Source of the DNA: Amoeboaphelidium protococcarum X5
Lineage: Eukaryota; Fungi; Aphelidiomycota
Length of the DNA stretch: 64,000 nucleotides
Assembly (NCBI GenBank): GCA_023515725.1
Contig: JALDTO010000251.1
Span: forward strand, 310,001 to 374,000
Direction: 5' to 3'
Part shown: positions 1 to 12,618 of the stretch, piece by piece
Numbering within the stretch: position 1 is the first letter of the stretch
Layout: each line of letters opens with the position of its first letter
Position numbers and translations under genes: made by a program
Notes under the pieces: model-generated
Seen by the model: the letters and a program-made list of their open reading frames with translations, nothing else
Database searches by the model: none
Told to the model about the DNA's origin: nothing

Positions 1-399
1 TTCTTTCAACGTTAAAACGAAGTGCCGTAGACTATGATACTAAATGGATATATAGATGAGCAATCGATAATTCTGCCGACCTGTGCTCTGTAATGTCTCT
101 CTCCTCTGAGCGAAAGAACAAAAAAAATTCTTAGAAAACATTCTACAGAAAAGAGCCAAGCGAGCGTCGCCCTTTCAGTCAGTCAGTTGTTCAAACCATC
201 TGCTTCTTCTTCTCCTCGTTAGAACAGTGAGCGATCGTTGTTTCTCTCATTCAGCGGCGTTGTTGTTGTTGGTGCCTCTTGAAACTTGTCCCTTCTCTCT
301 TATAGTTTTATTAGCGTTCTTACCTCTTAAGTTCCTACCAACTGCTTATTTCTCGCTGTATTCTTTACGCTAGTTTAAGCAACCTGAATAAGACTCAAA

Positions 400-1362
400 A
401 TGGCGATTGTTGATACTGTAACTTCAAAGGCACCGGGGGAGCGAAAGCCCATCTCATTCAGTAACTTGGCGCTAGGTGCCGGGTTGAATATATTTGAAAT
501 CTCTACTCTGGGTCAGCCGTTCGAAGTGCTCAAAACTTATATGGCCGCAAATAGGGGCATCTCTATGGTGGAATCTATGAAGTAGGTTTACAGTCGTGGT
601 GGTGTTGTCGGTTTCTACCAAGGCCTGATTCCGTGGGCATGGGTGGAAGCAAGTACTAAGGGCGCAGTGTTGCTCTTCACTGCCAGCGAGATGGAGTATA
701 TATTCTCATCCAAGTTTAAGTTCAGTCCTGGAACTGCTGGCATTCTCGCCGGATGTTGTGGTGGTATTGCATAGGCGTATACTACCATGGGCTTTTGTAC
801 GTTCATGAAGACGGTGGAGATTACCCGTCACAAGAGTCCGCCTGGTACCGCGGATGTTGGCTCCATCCAGATCGCAAGGGATATTCTGAGGCGGGAAGGT
901 ATCCGCGGTATCAACAAGGGTGTCAATGCCGTCGCTCTGAGACAATGTACCAACTGGGGTAGTCGTCTCGGTCTGTCGAGAATTGCTGAGAACACCATCA
1001 GGTCGCTGAGAGGTGACAGTGAAGATGAGATTAGAATGAAGAAGGCGCTCACTCCAGGGCAGAAGATTTTGGCTTCCACCATTGGAGGAGGTTTATCCTG
1101 TTGGAATCAGCCGATCGAGGTGATCCGAGTTGAGATGTAGTCTCAGGTGGCAACAGAAGGTCGCCCTAAGAAGATGACTATTGCTAATGCTGCCAAATGG
1201 ATATATCAGAATAATGGCTTGAAAGGATTCTTCAGAGGCGCAGTTCCAAGAGTTGGACTAGGTGCTTGGTAGACAACCTGTATGGTTGCATTAGGTGACA
1301 CTCTGAAAGAGAAGGTGGAACACTGGAAAAAGTCTAAGATTGTTGCCCCTATTAAAAAGTGA
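400..1362 (+). CDS. YHM2: Mitochondrial carrier, citrate/oxoglutarate carrier (Yhm2-like), 320 aa
   Basis: One frame from ATG400 to TGA1360 when TAG=Gln. Carrier motifs QPFEVLKT and [12 protein letters not shown]; Yhm2-typical [11 protein letters not shown]. Confidence 0.9.
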
Positions 1363-1871
1363 TTTACTACACTATTTTCGTCGATAAAGATCTTGTTATA
1401 TATTGTCCAATTTAACAATTATTGCCTTATGAAGCGTGTTGGGTTTGAAGTTGGTCAGATAGATCTTCTACTTTTATTTATACCGAATAAAACTAATGTT
1501 ACCAGCGCTAAACTGAGCTTTGATGAGACTTCTTCAGGAAATGCCAAGACTTTTTCGGTCAGACGCGCCACACTGTTCCTCGCTCGTTTCACTTGACCAA
1601 ATTCATCTCTTACTTCCTCGTGTTCCTAGTAGAGAGTTGTCATCAGTCCAAGTGTTCATTTCTGTAAAGACGCTCCAGACGTGGCTTGACTTCAAGAAGA
1701 GAAAGAGAGATTTGATTCATTCACGAACTCTTCTTCACCTAAAACTTCGTGTTGTTGAAGCTATTGATTTTGCACTTTACATTTGACCTTCTGAAGTTAA
1801 AGTCTTGGCTGTTATTAAATTAGTTTCAAGGATTGTCACACTAAGATTTGTAAAGTTCTGTAGTGGTAATA

Positions 1872-4583
1872 ATGTCTGAGAATAGTTTGGACGCGAGAGA
1901 TAGTACGGCTGATCTGCTGGCGACTGGCTCATAATAAAGTGCGTCTGTTGGATGGAGGCCTTTGGAGCAATTGTCCTCGTCAACGTAGAATTTGAATATG
2001 TAAAGTCATCGCCCTTCCATAAGTTCTTAGTAGACCGTAACTACTGCTACGGGCCAGGATGGTGGCGGTGGTGTTATGAAACCACCCAGACGACACACAA
2101 GTCGTCCAGTGTCGGCAGTGTACTCTAATGCAGACACGGTGTTGGAGATGTAAGATTTGGGTCAGAATGGGAATAGAGAGAAGCTGGAGGTTAGTATGCC
2201 TAAGTCACCACTTTTGTCGGCACAAATTGATCAAGATGCATACCGTAAAGCTGATCAGCCTAAACGTATCGGATGTCATACCTTCCAACTTCCTTAGAGC
2301 AGAGATGTGAGGAAGGCGTAAGAGCCTGCGTACAGAGAGTCGGATGAGTTCTCATCGTGTTATTACACGCCTATTGTGCACGATCCAGAAGACTTTTCAG
2401 TGCCAGAGTTCAAGTACACCATGCGGCAGTGTATGATGTAGAGACGTACTGAGCTGCTTATCGCTATTACAATGTACAATGAATCGGATGAGTTTCTTAT
2501 ACGGACACTTGATGGCGTTCTGGCTAACATTAGGTACATTTATGATTTGTACCGTAATAATCGCAGTGTTGCCGCAGTGAATATGATGAAGGATCCGCTA
2601 GGTTCGACGTTTATTAGTCCATAGACATCATCTGCTACCAATGTTGCAGTGGTTCGCGGTGATGTAGTGTGGCGTGACGATCCGTGGCAGAAGATTGTCC
2701 TAATGATCATCAGTGATGGTAGATAAAAGTGTCATTAGCGAGTACTGGAAATGCTTCAACTTATGGGCGCCTACCATCCAGATTCTGTGATTACTAAACG
2801 TGCAGACCCGACTGATGACAATCAAGTTAAGGATGTGACTTGCCACCTGTTTGAGACCACCACAATGGCTGTGATTGACCAAGATATGTATATGAAAGGG
2901 TATTAGAAGCGAACTGTACCTATCCAAGTCGTATTTGCCTTGAAAGAGAAGAATTAGAAGAAGCTTAATAGTCATAAATGGCTCTTTAGATCATTCGCAC
3001 CTATGCTGAATCCATTCGCATGTATTCTAATTGATGTGGGAACGAGGCCCAAGACTGATGATTCCATCTATAATCTGTGGAAAGCATTCGATCGGAACTT
3101 GACTGTGGCTGGTGCGTGCGGAGAAATCACTGTTCTGATGGGTAGAGGTGGTGAATATGCTTGTAATCTTTTGAATCCACTTGTGGCTGCGTAGAATTTT
3201 GAGTACAAAATGAGCAATATTCTGGACAAGACTCTGGAATCCTGCTTTGGGTACATTAGCGTATTGCCTGGTGCTTTTTCTGCCTATAGATGGGAGGCAT
3301 TGTAGGATATTGATGCTGATGAAGGTCCGCTGTTTAGTTACTTCAAAGGCGAGGATCCTCGAGGTGCGGCTGCTTAGAAGGGGAATGTGTTTGAAAGTAA
3401 TATGTACTTGGCAGAGGATAGAATTTTGTGCTTAGAGTTGGTGGCCAAACGTAACAGCTAATGGATTCTGACGTATATAAAGGATGCAATTGCAGAGACT
3501 GATGTCCCACCTACAGCTCATGAGTTTATATCCCAACGTCGTAGGTGGAATAATGGCTCAATGTTCTGCTCAGCGTATGCCATTTTTAATTTGGGCAGAT
3601 TCTACAGCACCAACCACTCGATTATGCGTAAATTGTGTTTGACGTTTGAAATGTTTTACAGTTTTATTAATCTGCTTTTTGGCTGGTTTGGTATTGGCAA
3701 CTTTTATCTATCCTTCTATCTGTTGACGCAGTAGACATTCCGACAGTAGTACGTAATTGTGTTTGAACTGCTGAGATATGCGTACTGGGCCGTGATTATC
3801 TCAATTTTTGTGTGCGGGCTTGGTAATCGGCCACAAGGTGCAAAAGTGATCTACATTGGATCAATGGTGGTGTTTGCATTGGTGATGTGTTACCTATTGA
3901 CTATATCTGTCCTGCTGATTATTTAATCATGGCCCACTTCAGGAACGTCATGGATCGTCAATGGAGGCACTAGTAGAGATATAGTTTTAGCAGTGGCGAG
4001 CACGTATGGTGTGTACTTTTTAAGTTCTCTTATGTATGGAGAACTGATACACATTGTCACTTGTATATTACAATACTTATTGCTCCTACCGAGCTACATA
4101 AACACTGTATCTGTATACGCGTACTGTAACATTAATGATATTAGCTGGGGAACTAAAGGCGCCACTGAGATGAGCACGACGGAGAAGAAGAAGATCACCT
4201 AGGAAATCATGAACATTGACCAGCACGAGTGTATGGCGCCTCCTGCAGTCTCTTAGAACACACTTGATGATAATTACAAATAAATCGCTACTAAGTTTGC
4301 CGTCCGTCCTCCCAAGCAGCATATTCCTCGGGATGCCAATAGCAAGAAGGAGGATTATTATAAGAACTTTCGCACATGGCTGGTACTGGCGTGGATTTTG
4401 AGTAACGGTCTGTTAATAGCTATTATAAGCAGTCCGCTCGTGACTAATGATCTAGCTGGAGGTGGAGCTAATCAGTAAAATCCATACGTTGCATTTCTGA
4501 TGTATTTCATTGCTGTGCAGTCTTTAGTGCGACTATGCGGTTGTATTGTCTACCTCATTAATCGCAAGCGTCGCGGATTTTGA
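1872..4583 (+). CDS. CHS: Chitin synthase (division 1 / class I-III type), ~903 aa
   Basis: Motifs [37 protein letters not shown] (Q=TAG), [29 protein letters not shown]; C-terminal TM helices. Confidence 0.95.
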
Positions 4584-5201
4584 CAATGAGTGACGACTAT
4601 GCTTACTGTAAAAATTTCCAAATGGTCATTCTACAGTACATGCGCGTTATGTTATACCACAGTTTTTTCATAATTACTCTCTTTAATTCTTATTCAACTT
4701 TCTTTTACCACAATGTTCTTAATAAAGGTAGAGAGATGCGATTACTTGGTCTGATAGACGATTTACTTATTTCTCGGGTTCTAAAATAAATGGCGTTTAT
4801 TGATGCTGACTATAGGATTTACCGCGGTTTGCCGCCGTTTTTTTTATAGATGACTTAGTTAGGACTTACAGTGTATTTTACTCTCCCATCTCTCTATGTC
4901 CGAAATGTTGGGGAAAGACGACGGACTATAAGTTACCAGCACTGTATATCACTATTAAAGATTAGTTCAGCTAAAGGCTCAATTCAACTTGGGTCAATTT
5001 TGTAAATTAAATGATCACTGTATATTACATTAGTTAAATGACGTAAATTGCGTTGCTAATCGAATTTAATTATGGAATGATCCACAAGATATCGCTAATC
5101 TGATTTTGGTATAAATATACCTGACGATCATCTTATCTCTTATCTGAATCTAAATTGAACAAAAAAATAAATTAAACTAATTTCTCACTAGTGCTGATTC
5201 A

Positions 5202-5789
5202 ATGCCTGCTGTAATCATTACGAACAAAGCTACTGTTGTCACGGTGAATTTCGAGCAAGAATTGGGGAAGCTGTCATTAACGGATGATGCTGCAGTATCT
5301 CCGCAGTAAAATGGCGTGGCTTCTGAATAATCCACCGTTGACGCCGTTGAAAATTTTTCTGCCAATGCGTTTGAAGCTGACGGTGCTTCCGCTCATAGTG
5401 ATGAGGAATCAGTTGGTGACAATGATTTCTATTTGCACATTGATCTAAAGACTGTAGGTGGAGCAATCAGAGCGGACACCGGTCTGGCAGGTCGTCGTAT
5501 CAACCGTTATATGCTCTTAAATGACGCATTTGATCCTCGCAGAGCCCAGGATTTTCCTAGTGATCGTCTGGACGAAGATGAGGTTGGCAATCTTACGGCA
5601 AGACGTTAACTGGATGAGATTGGCCAATCTTATTACGAGTTGTGGAAAGTTCGTCACACCTTTTCTTTTGAAGATTTTGATAACGCGGTGGTACAAGCGT
5701 AAGATTTTCCTTTGAATGTTGAAGTGAAAGTTTTGGCGATCAGGGATGGAGAGCATGAAAATTTGAAGTTTACGAAAAAAGCTGCATGA
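5202..5789 (+). CDS. Hypothetical acidic protein, 195 aa
   Basis: TGA-free frame ATG5202-TGA5787 under table 6; no family recognised. Confidence 0.65.
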
Positions 5790-6461
5790 TGAATATAGGA
5801 GAAATTGGTCGAATTTCTGGGTGAATGTAATAAACAATTCAATGTAATGCATTATGTTTTCTTTTAGTTGTTTTATGGCGACGCGCATTCAAAGACCAAC
5901 GGCTCTAACCTACCTAATCTGTTAGATATATAATCTTTATTCAAAGCGGCGTCGTAAATCTATCATGAGAGCTTGCCTTTAACAGATTAATAACAATGAC
6001 AGCCATGCATCCTCCTGATTAATAAGTTAGAATTGTGCTGCATATTTATGATTATTGCATTGATTCATTACATTAACCTTACTGGTGAGAATTTTTTGGT
6101 GATTTTACGTCCACAGAATTATATCTTTACACCTTAAAGCATACTCTAACTCTTAAAGCTTCCTTAATCCTCTTTACTAACAGAATCAATTTTATTGCGG
6201 AAATGGTGAATTTTAGGCGCCCGCATCTTTAACGGACAGCGCCACTTTTCCTCCAAGTCGATGTTTTGTTGAACAAATCGACCGACCGTTTCAGGATTCT
6301 TTATTCGGCAAATTATATGGTTATACGCCTAGTCGGGAAAAAATTATATCGCTGCCGACCGCAGGTCGGTTGCGATATTTTATACGGATTTCAAGGGATG
6401 AGTAAGAAGAAACCGAAGATCTGCGATCATATCCACTCAATTACTCAATCAGTTCATAAAA

Positions 6462-9400
6462 TCACGTCTATTTCAACTTTCTCTCTCTTTCTACACGCTT
6501 TCTGAACTTTTTATAGAGACTTGTACGCATTTACAACAAAGAATCGTCTAACTAACTTGATGCATCGCATCTTTTGGAAGAATGGCCTTCAGTACATTAA
6601 TTGGAATCAGCCATCAATCTTGGCTTCCAGCAGATTTTGCAGACTTGTTTCACTGATTCGCTTCTCAAATTACTGTCCAACTCTTCTTCATTGACAAATC
6701 CGTTTTCAGGTGTCAACACGTCGTCGCCGAATCTCTAACGCAGCAGTTCAGTCAAATTGACAGCCTCAGTCATTGTGACAGGCCCAGTATCAGCTTAAAT
6801 GATATCGACGGTATGATAAGTTAATTAGTTAAAGGTCGGCTGTTCGTTGATGTCTACATTCTCTCCAAAATTGTCAACTCTAGGAATATCATCACCATCA
6901 GGCAGACCCAAAACTGGATTGAACAAAGTGTCCATATCCAGATTGGTGAAGTAAGCATCGTCTATACTATCAACTAATCTCTAAATATCCTAATCTGCAG
7001 TAGCAAGCAAATCATTGACACTCTAAACAGACTGAGTAGCAGGACAGATGCAGCTCAAATTGTTCAATGAAGTCTGTGTTTCTACAGATACATGTTCAAC
7101 TACTTAGACAGTTTACTCAGTAGACACCTAATGCAACTACGGAATTTCGAACGGAATATGCAATGCTGTTGGGTCAGTCAAATGATTTTATAGCTGTCTG
7201 AACTGGGCCTTAAATGGATCAATCGCGTATTTGCATGCCAACTTACGTTCCACAATATCTTCAAAACTCTTCAAATGGCTTGGTGCTTTAAAAGAGTATT
7301 CTGATAACAAATCATCAACTTCAGACTAATTTGAGCAGGCGGCAATCTTGTTATAAACCAGAAAATTCCATCGATCAGCCATTTACTCATAATCTACTTA
7401 CTTATCATCACCGTTTTTCTTGGTGCAATATTGTTCAAACAGTGACATGAATAAGATGAGCTCTTTTTGGGAGGAGACGGGACGTGATATGACATTGAAT
7501 GCAAACTTAGAGATCATATCATCGGAGTTCAGCTTGATGGGCTCAGTAGATATATCACTCTAATCCATATCAATAACAGTCAAATCAACTTCAACTGGAT
7601 CGGCCAGTGCATCAATCAGTTCTTCATCAAAGCCACCTTCGCATTCCATCATCAGCTACTAGTCAGAAATGTTCTTTAGATCAAGAGATTTGCCCAAATA
7701 CTTACTACAGCCAAATTTAACAGATTTTGAGAATTCAGATACCTGTGGAATGGTCAGATTCTCAAAAACAGGACACTTGAAGTATTTCGCATTGTCGACA
7801 TACAACTGCTTAATTTAGCTCAGCACTAGTGGGTTGTAAATATGAAAATCCGGAGTCAGCCCACAGGTCAGTGCCGCATCTTGATTTCTTCTGTAGACAA
7901 AGTCCATGAGCATAACATTATATAGCTCAGGAGAGATAGACTTTGCTTAAAACGCATTGTACAACATCATGTGATATCCTTCTTATTGGCTGGTACCTCT
8001 AAAACACTTGAACTACTTAAAAGATCCATCATCTCCAGGCTTTAATTGCAAGTACATGTCAACACCAGGAGGATCTGATAAACAGCCATCTTTGGCGTGC
8101 TTCAGATTACGCTCGTGATGTTTCATTACTTGATCATCAATGAACTCACTGTTAACCGCTCTGAACATTTAGACCACCTGATCAATTCTATTCGACAAAA
8201 TATCCGCAGGTGGAACAAATCTTCTCACTTTACCATTACGCAATAGATAGCTTCTCTTGATCTGATCCATTTACTTATCTGATACTCCACGCTGCTGTAA
8301 TACTGACTTCACATCTTGCATGTCTTCTTCAGAACAGATGAATATCGCGTCGCGGAGGTTGGAGGCAAAGAGAGAGTATAGAGGATGTTTCTTCTTAACA
8401 GGATACCGCTCCATGAAATGAAATATATCCAAGAGTACTCGCTATCCTTATCCAGTAGCTGACAGAGATTCAAACATATCAGAGAGAAATGCTCTTTCAG
8501 TGCAGCAGAGATCTGTGAAGAAAGCCTGAGGACCCTCTTCATCTTTGGCCGCATAGCGCTGCTTCAAGACTTCAAATTCACCAGTCAACTCTTTCAGACT
8601 TTTGTTTGGCACAAGCCAGAATCCAGCTACTTGGCCATACTCATTCACCAAGGAGTATAATCCCTCAAATATCTACTGAGACTTAGACACAGGCACCTTG
8701 GCTGCTTTGAAAGTGTGATCACCGCTCAAAACTTTGCCAGTAACTTGCGCGACAGCGGCGTTCTTCAGATCATACACATCCATTTGGCTCTTATAATAGA
8801 ATTTCTTTAAAACAGTAGTGGATGGAATGGATACGTTATACTAATCTTTGTCGCTGAATTCTGGAAATGGGTCAATCAGTGCAGGCAAAGCTTAAAACAT
8901 TAAAGTCTTCTATGGGTTCCTTCTAACAAATGTTGATGCGGACAGATAGGCAAGATGTCTTGATTAATGCTAGTTGTTGAACAGCTCATCCAACATCTTT
9001 ACAAACTCATTAAAAGAGACTCCTCGCATGATCATCCTATCCATTAATTAAATCAATTAGTTGTCCAGGATCGTGTTGTCAATCACCGTACACGGCAACT
9101 ATTGCTAAACATGAGGAGGAAGATGCTGCAAAGTATCTGGATCTATTCCACGAAACTCCTTACCAGTCCTGCCACCAGTACCACAGTGACACAGATTGCA
9201 TTTGTACCTCTTGAACATGATGTAATACGACTGACCAATGCCTATTACTTTTCGAGGCCCTACTGCTGACCAGCCTGCTACCTTAACGTGACCATCCACA
9301 ACGCCATGAACTGGACAAGGCATGTGGCGAACACCAAGATGATGGAAAAACACTTCTGGCGTCCAGAATATAACTTTCTCCTTCACAAAATCCTAGCTCT

Positions 9401-10025
9401 CCATATAATCTGAGACTAATAAAGGATTAGGCGGATAAATCCAGATATCACGCCAGGACAGAGGATTCAGCGGCTTGCAATCGCAGACACCATGACACCT
9501 TGACGACGTTGCATTGCATTGATAGCCGCGCGAACCTGTTCCTTTAATGGCGTAGTCAATCTCATCAGTGTACTTGACTATAAATGCGGTGGAGGGATGA
9601 CTTCTCCAATTCTAATCTTTCTACTCAATCACTAACGTGGCATTAACTTGATCATCATTTTCGACTGAGGAGGTAGTATCATGATGAGCATTAATATCAT
9701 TTGTTTCAGGCGTCTGATCAGACGCGGATTGATGAACTGGTACATCAGCGAAAGAGTCCACTGATTGTTAGGATGCTCCAGTCAGCCAACTTGACAAAGT
9801 ATTCGCGGAACCTGCAATACTGTTGTTCTTCTTTTACTATTCCAAACAAAATTTAGTGTGCGGCTTCTTATTAGATGGGAAATGAAGATTTTTACATATC
9901 GGGCACTTCCAAGTCTTACCAGGATGGATCGGTGCATTTTCTGCGTCTTCTCTCTGCCTCTTGATCTTCCTTGCACCAGGAGGAGGGACATAATTGCTGA
10001 TGGACATTCCATTGGTAGTGTTCAT
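6462..10025 (-). mobile_element. Large DDE-type DNA transposase ORF (~1187 aa; DxxH-class, DUF6729-like N-terminal Cys/His domain)
   Basis: Same frame throughout the segments translated. Motifs CPVHG..RYKCNLC, LSGDHTFK, VNEYGQV, FFTDLCC, LDIFHFMERY, CLSDPPGVDMY, CFRGTSQQEGYH; N- and C-terminal CxxC knuckles. Element ends not defined. Confidence 0.8.
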
Positions 10026-10478
10026 TCTCAAAATCTCTCTTAACAGTGAAGTTCGCTCTACAAAAGTAATGAAATAAGTATTGAGATTGGAAATTAAATC
10101 ATACTATATTTTGACTACGACTTTCTTTTAGGCTTCTCACGGCACTTTTTATTTTGAATGCTGATATCAGAGTCAGATATAGGCAACTGTATATCTGATA
10201 CTGAAGCTGATATTTCTGAAACAGTGTTGGTCGCACGCGCAGTTTATGTAGCGACATTGTCAACAACATTGTCAGCGACATTCGTTTGATCGTGTTAGCG
10301 ACAATTTTGTAGCGACTTTATTCTAAAGAGACAGAACTGCGCGAGTATTACATTCATTCAGTCAGTCATTCTCTTGTTGTATTTATTATTCATTGCAATA
10401 GGTGGCTTAGACTGGTCAATTATTGTTCGCTCTATTTTAATTTTTCTAAATTCAAGCCTTTTGTAAAGTTGAATAAGA

Positions 10479-11519
10479 ATGTCTGAAGATTAGGCTAAAG
10501 CTTACGGTGCGCTGATGGGCAATGCAGCGAAAGAATAGTAGTATTAGGAGGAGAGAGTGAGACTGCATGGAATTCGTTGTCTCATCTCAGCCAGGGATGC
10601 AGGCCTCATTATTGGTGTTGGTGGTAAGACTGCTCAAGAGATTAGAGACTCCTGCCAAGTAAAGTTGAGAATGAGCGAAGCAGTTGAAGGCGCCAAGGAG
10701 AGAGTGTTGTTTATCAGTGCGGAGAAGGCTGAGTAGATTGGCAATGCCGTGCAATTCGTGAGCCGCAAACTGTTACAACACCGTCTCGAAATGGCCAAGA
10801 GTGCAGAAGAGCAAGGTAGACGGGTGTATACACCTAGATCTGTACTATCTGGTTAACCATTGTCTGATTCCGAGGTTGAGGTTAATTTGCTGATCCCTAA
10901 TTTCTATGTCGGCGCCGTCATTGGTAAAGGTGGATCCACTATAAAGTCGTTGTAAGAAGATTTTGGCATAAAGATGATGGTGTCTGATAGCATGTTAGGA
11001 CACAGCGACGATAGAAGTGTCAGTTTTATAGGTGCATCTGATAAAGTTGGCTTGGCTGTGGGTAGAACCGTCGGGATTGTTCGCGATGCTGAGAGTGAGA
11101 AGAAGGTTCTAGGTAATACGTACTATTAGCCTGGGGTGGACTCGTCTCAGTATAGTTAGTCGTCTTCATCTACTCCGCGAAGAGGTCGTATGTCTTCTGG
11201 AGCACCGTAGACGAGAGGTGGACCTGAGGAGACTAGAGATATAAGTGTCGACTCTGTGTACGTTGGATGTATTATTGGTCGTGGAGGTAAGAATATACAG
11301 CATCTTCGTCGAAAGTCTGGCTGCCAAATACATGTTGAGAATGCTCAAGATGGCAATGATATGGTGGATGGTGCAGCCTCAACTTCCCAAAAGAGAGTCA
11401 TAACTATTGGTGGATCACCTGCACAAATCGATGTGGCTATTCAATTGATTAATCAGAAGATTGAGTAGGAGAAGGAGCGTTTAGCTACGATCAACGCTGA
11501 AGGTGGTGAAGGTAATTGA
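10479..11519 (+). CDS. Triple KH-domain RNA-binding protein (hnRNP K/PCBP, Hek2/Pbp2-like), 346 aa
   Basis: Three KH loops: IIGVGGKT, VIGKGGST, IIGRGGKN. Confidence 0.9.
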
Positions 11520-11764
11520 TTGTTGTATGGATTCCCTGTTCAAGAATTTATTTAGCAGTATAAATGAATTGGCAGGCCGGATGGTTATAATAACAAGAGT
11601 GTATGGCTGGAGTGATTAAAGCCAGAGTTTTTTGCTTTGTGTGTCCTACGAATAAAAGGTTTAGGTCCAATTACCTTTCTAAAAGCTTTAGCATATACAG
11701 TAGTTAATCATGCGCAACATAATTAGAAAATGAGTATATTACAACAGCAATCCATAAAATTTAA

Positions 11765-12502
11765 TCATTCGAGCGATGAGAGTAATTTCTTGCGCTTAAA
11801 ATCGACGAGGAAGCTTTAGACTTGATCTTGGGTGGGCAGATCGGCGGGCCATTCAAAGTTTGGTTCTACAACGTCGACACCCATTTACTATTATGTGGCA
11901 TTTTCAGCTTCCGATAATTGTAGATATGATTAATCATCTTTCAAATCTTATTACCGCGCATAGCCATAGTATACATCCTTTTGTATAGCCTTCATCCACG
12001 CCTCTCTGTCTTGGGGATAACCAGCCCTTAATCGCTTTTATTGGTCCTCCTCTTTGAATAGATCGCGCACTTCAGGTAGCTCTACCGAACGGCCATAATA
12101 CTTATAATCCATTCTACCATCAGCAATCGCTCGCCCCTAATCTAGATTAGCTATAGGATTTGTGGCTTAAAGCACATTCTTTTTATAATCGTGTCCACCT
12201 CTAGCCACAATATCATCTTCAATCTAATTCTTCTCACGCATCAGATCATTAATCTCGTCATTTAGCTAACGCAGCTCATCCTCTGACATTTTCTTCTACT
12301 TTATATCATCTACTATGGCAGTAATCTTTTAGCTGATCTATTCCAGCAGTTGCAATCTGCGTATCTCCAACTGAGTAGTCTTTACAGGACCATCTCTTCT
12401 CTTCACTGGCTTTGAGCGCGGCACAATCAAACCCAGCTCTGCCAGCTGAGTCTCCCTCCATCTATACAGCATAGACTTGGACTTTTCTGCATTCTTTGCC
12501 AT
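11765..12502 (-). CDS. ISY1: Pre-mRNA splicing factor Isy1, 245 aa
   Basis: N-terminus MAKNAEKSKSMLYRW; LNDEINDLMREK; YKLYGRSVELPEVRDLF. Confidence 0.85.
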
Positions 12503-12618
12503 TCTGCTTATTTACAAGTAATTAGCGATAAAGTATTTCCTGTGAATGAATAATAATACGGCTCAATGTGAATGAAAGGGGAATGAAAAAAGTCAAAATG
12601 ATAAATTTTCTATTGAGA

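Noticed and set aside
1393-1790. Short ORFs, and a U3-/hammerhead-like look (CTGATGA...GAAA on the minus strand), between YHM2 and CHS
   Set aside because: No recognisable protein; required stems and boxes are missing; probably promoter/UTR.
6200-10345. TIR pair and TSD around the large transposase; CRISPR, tRNA or rRNA anywhere in the window
   Set aside because: None found by eye; absence is not proven without einverted, tRNAscan-SE or Infernal.
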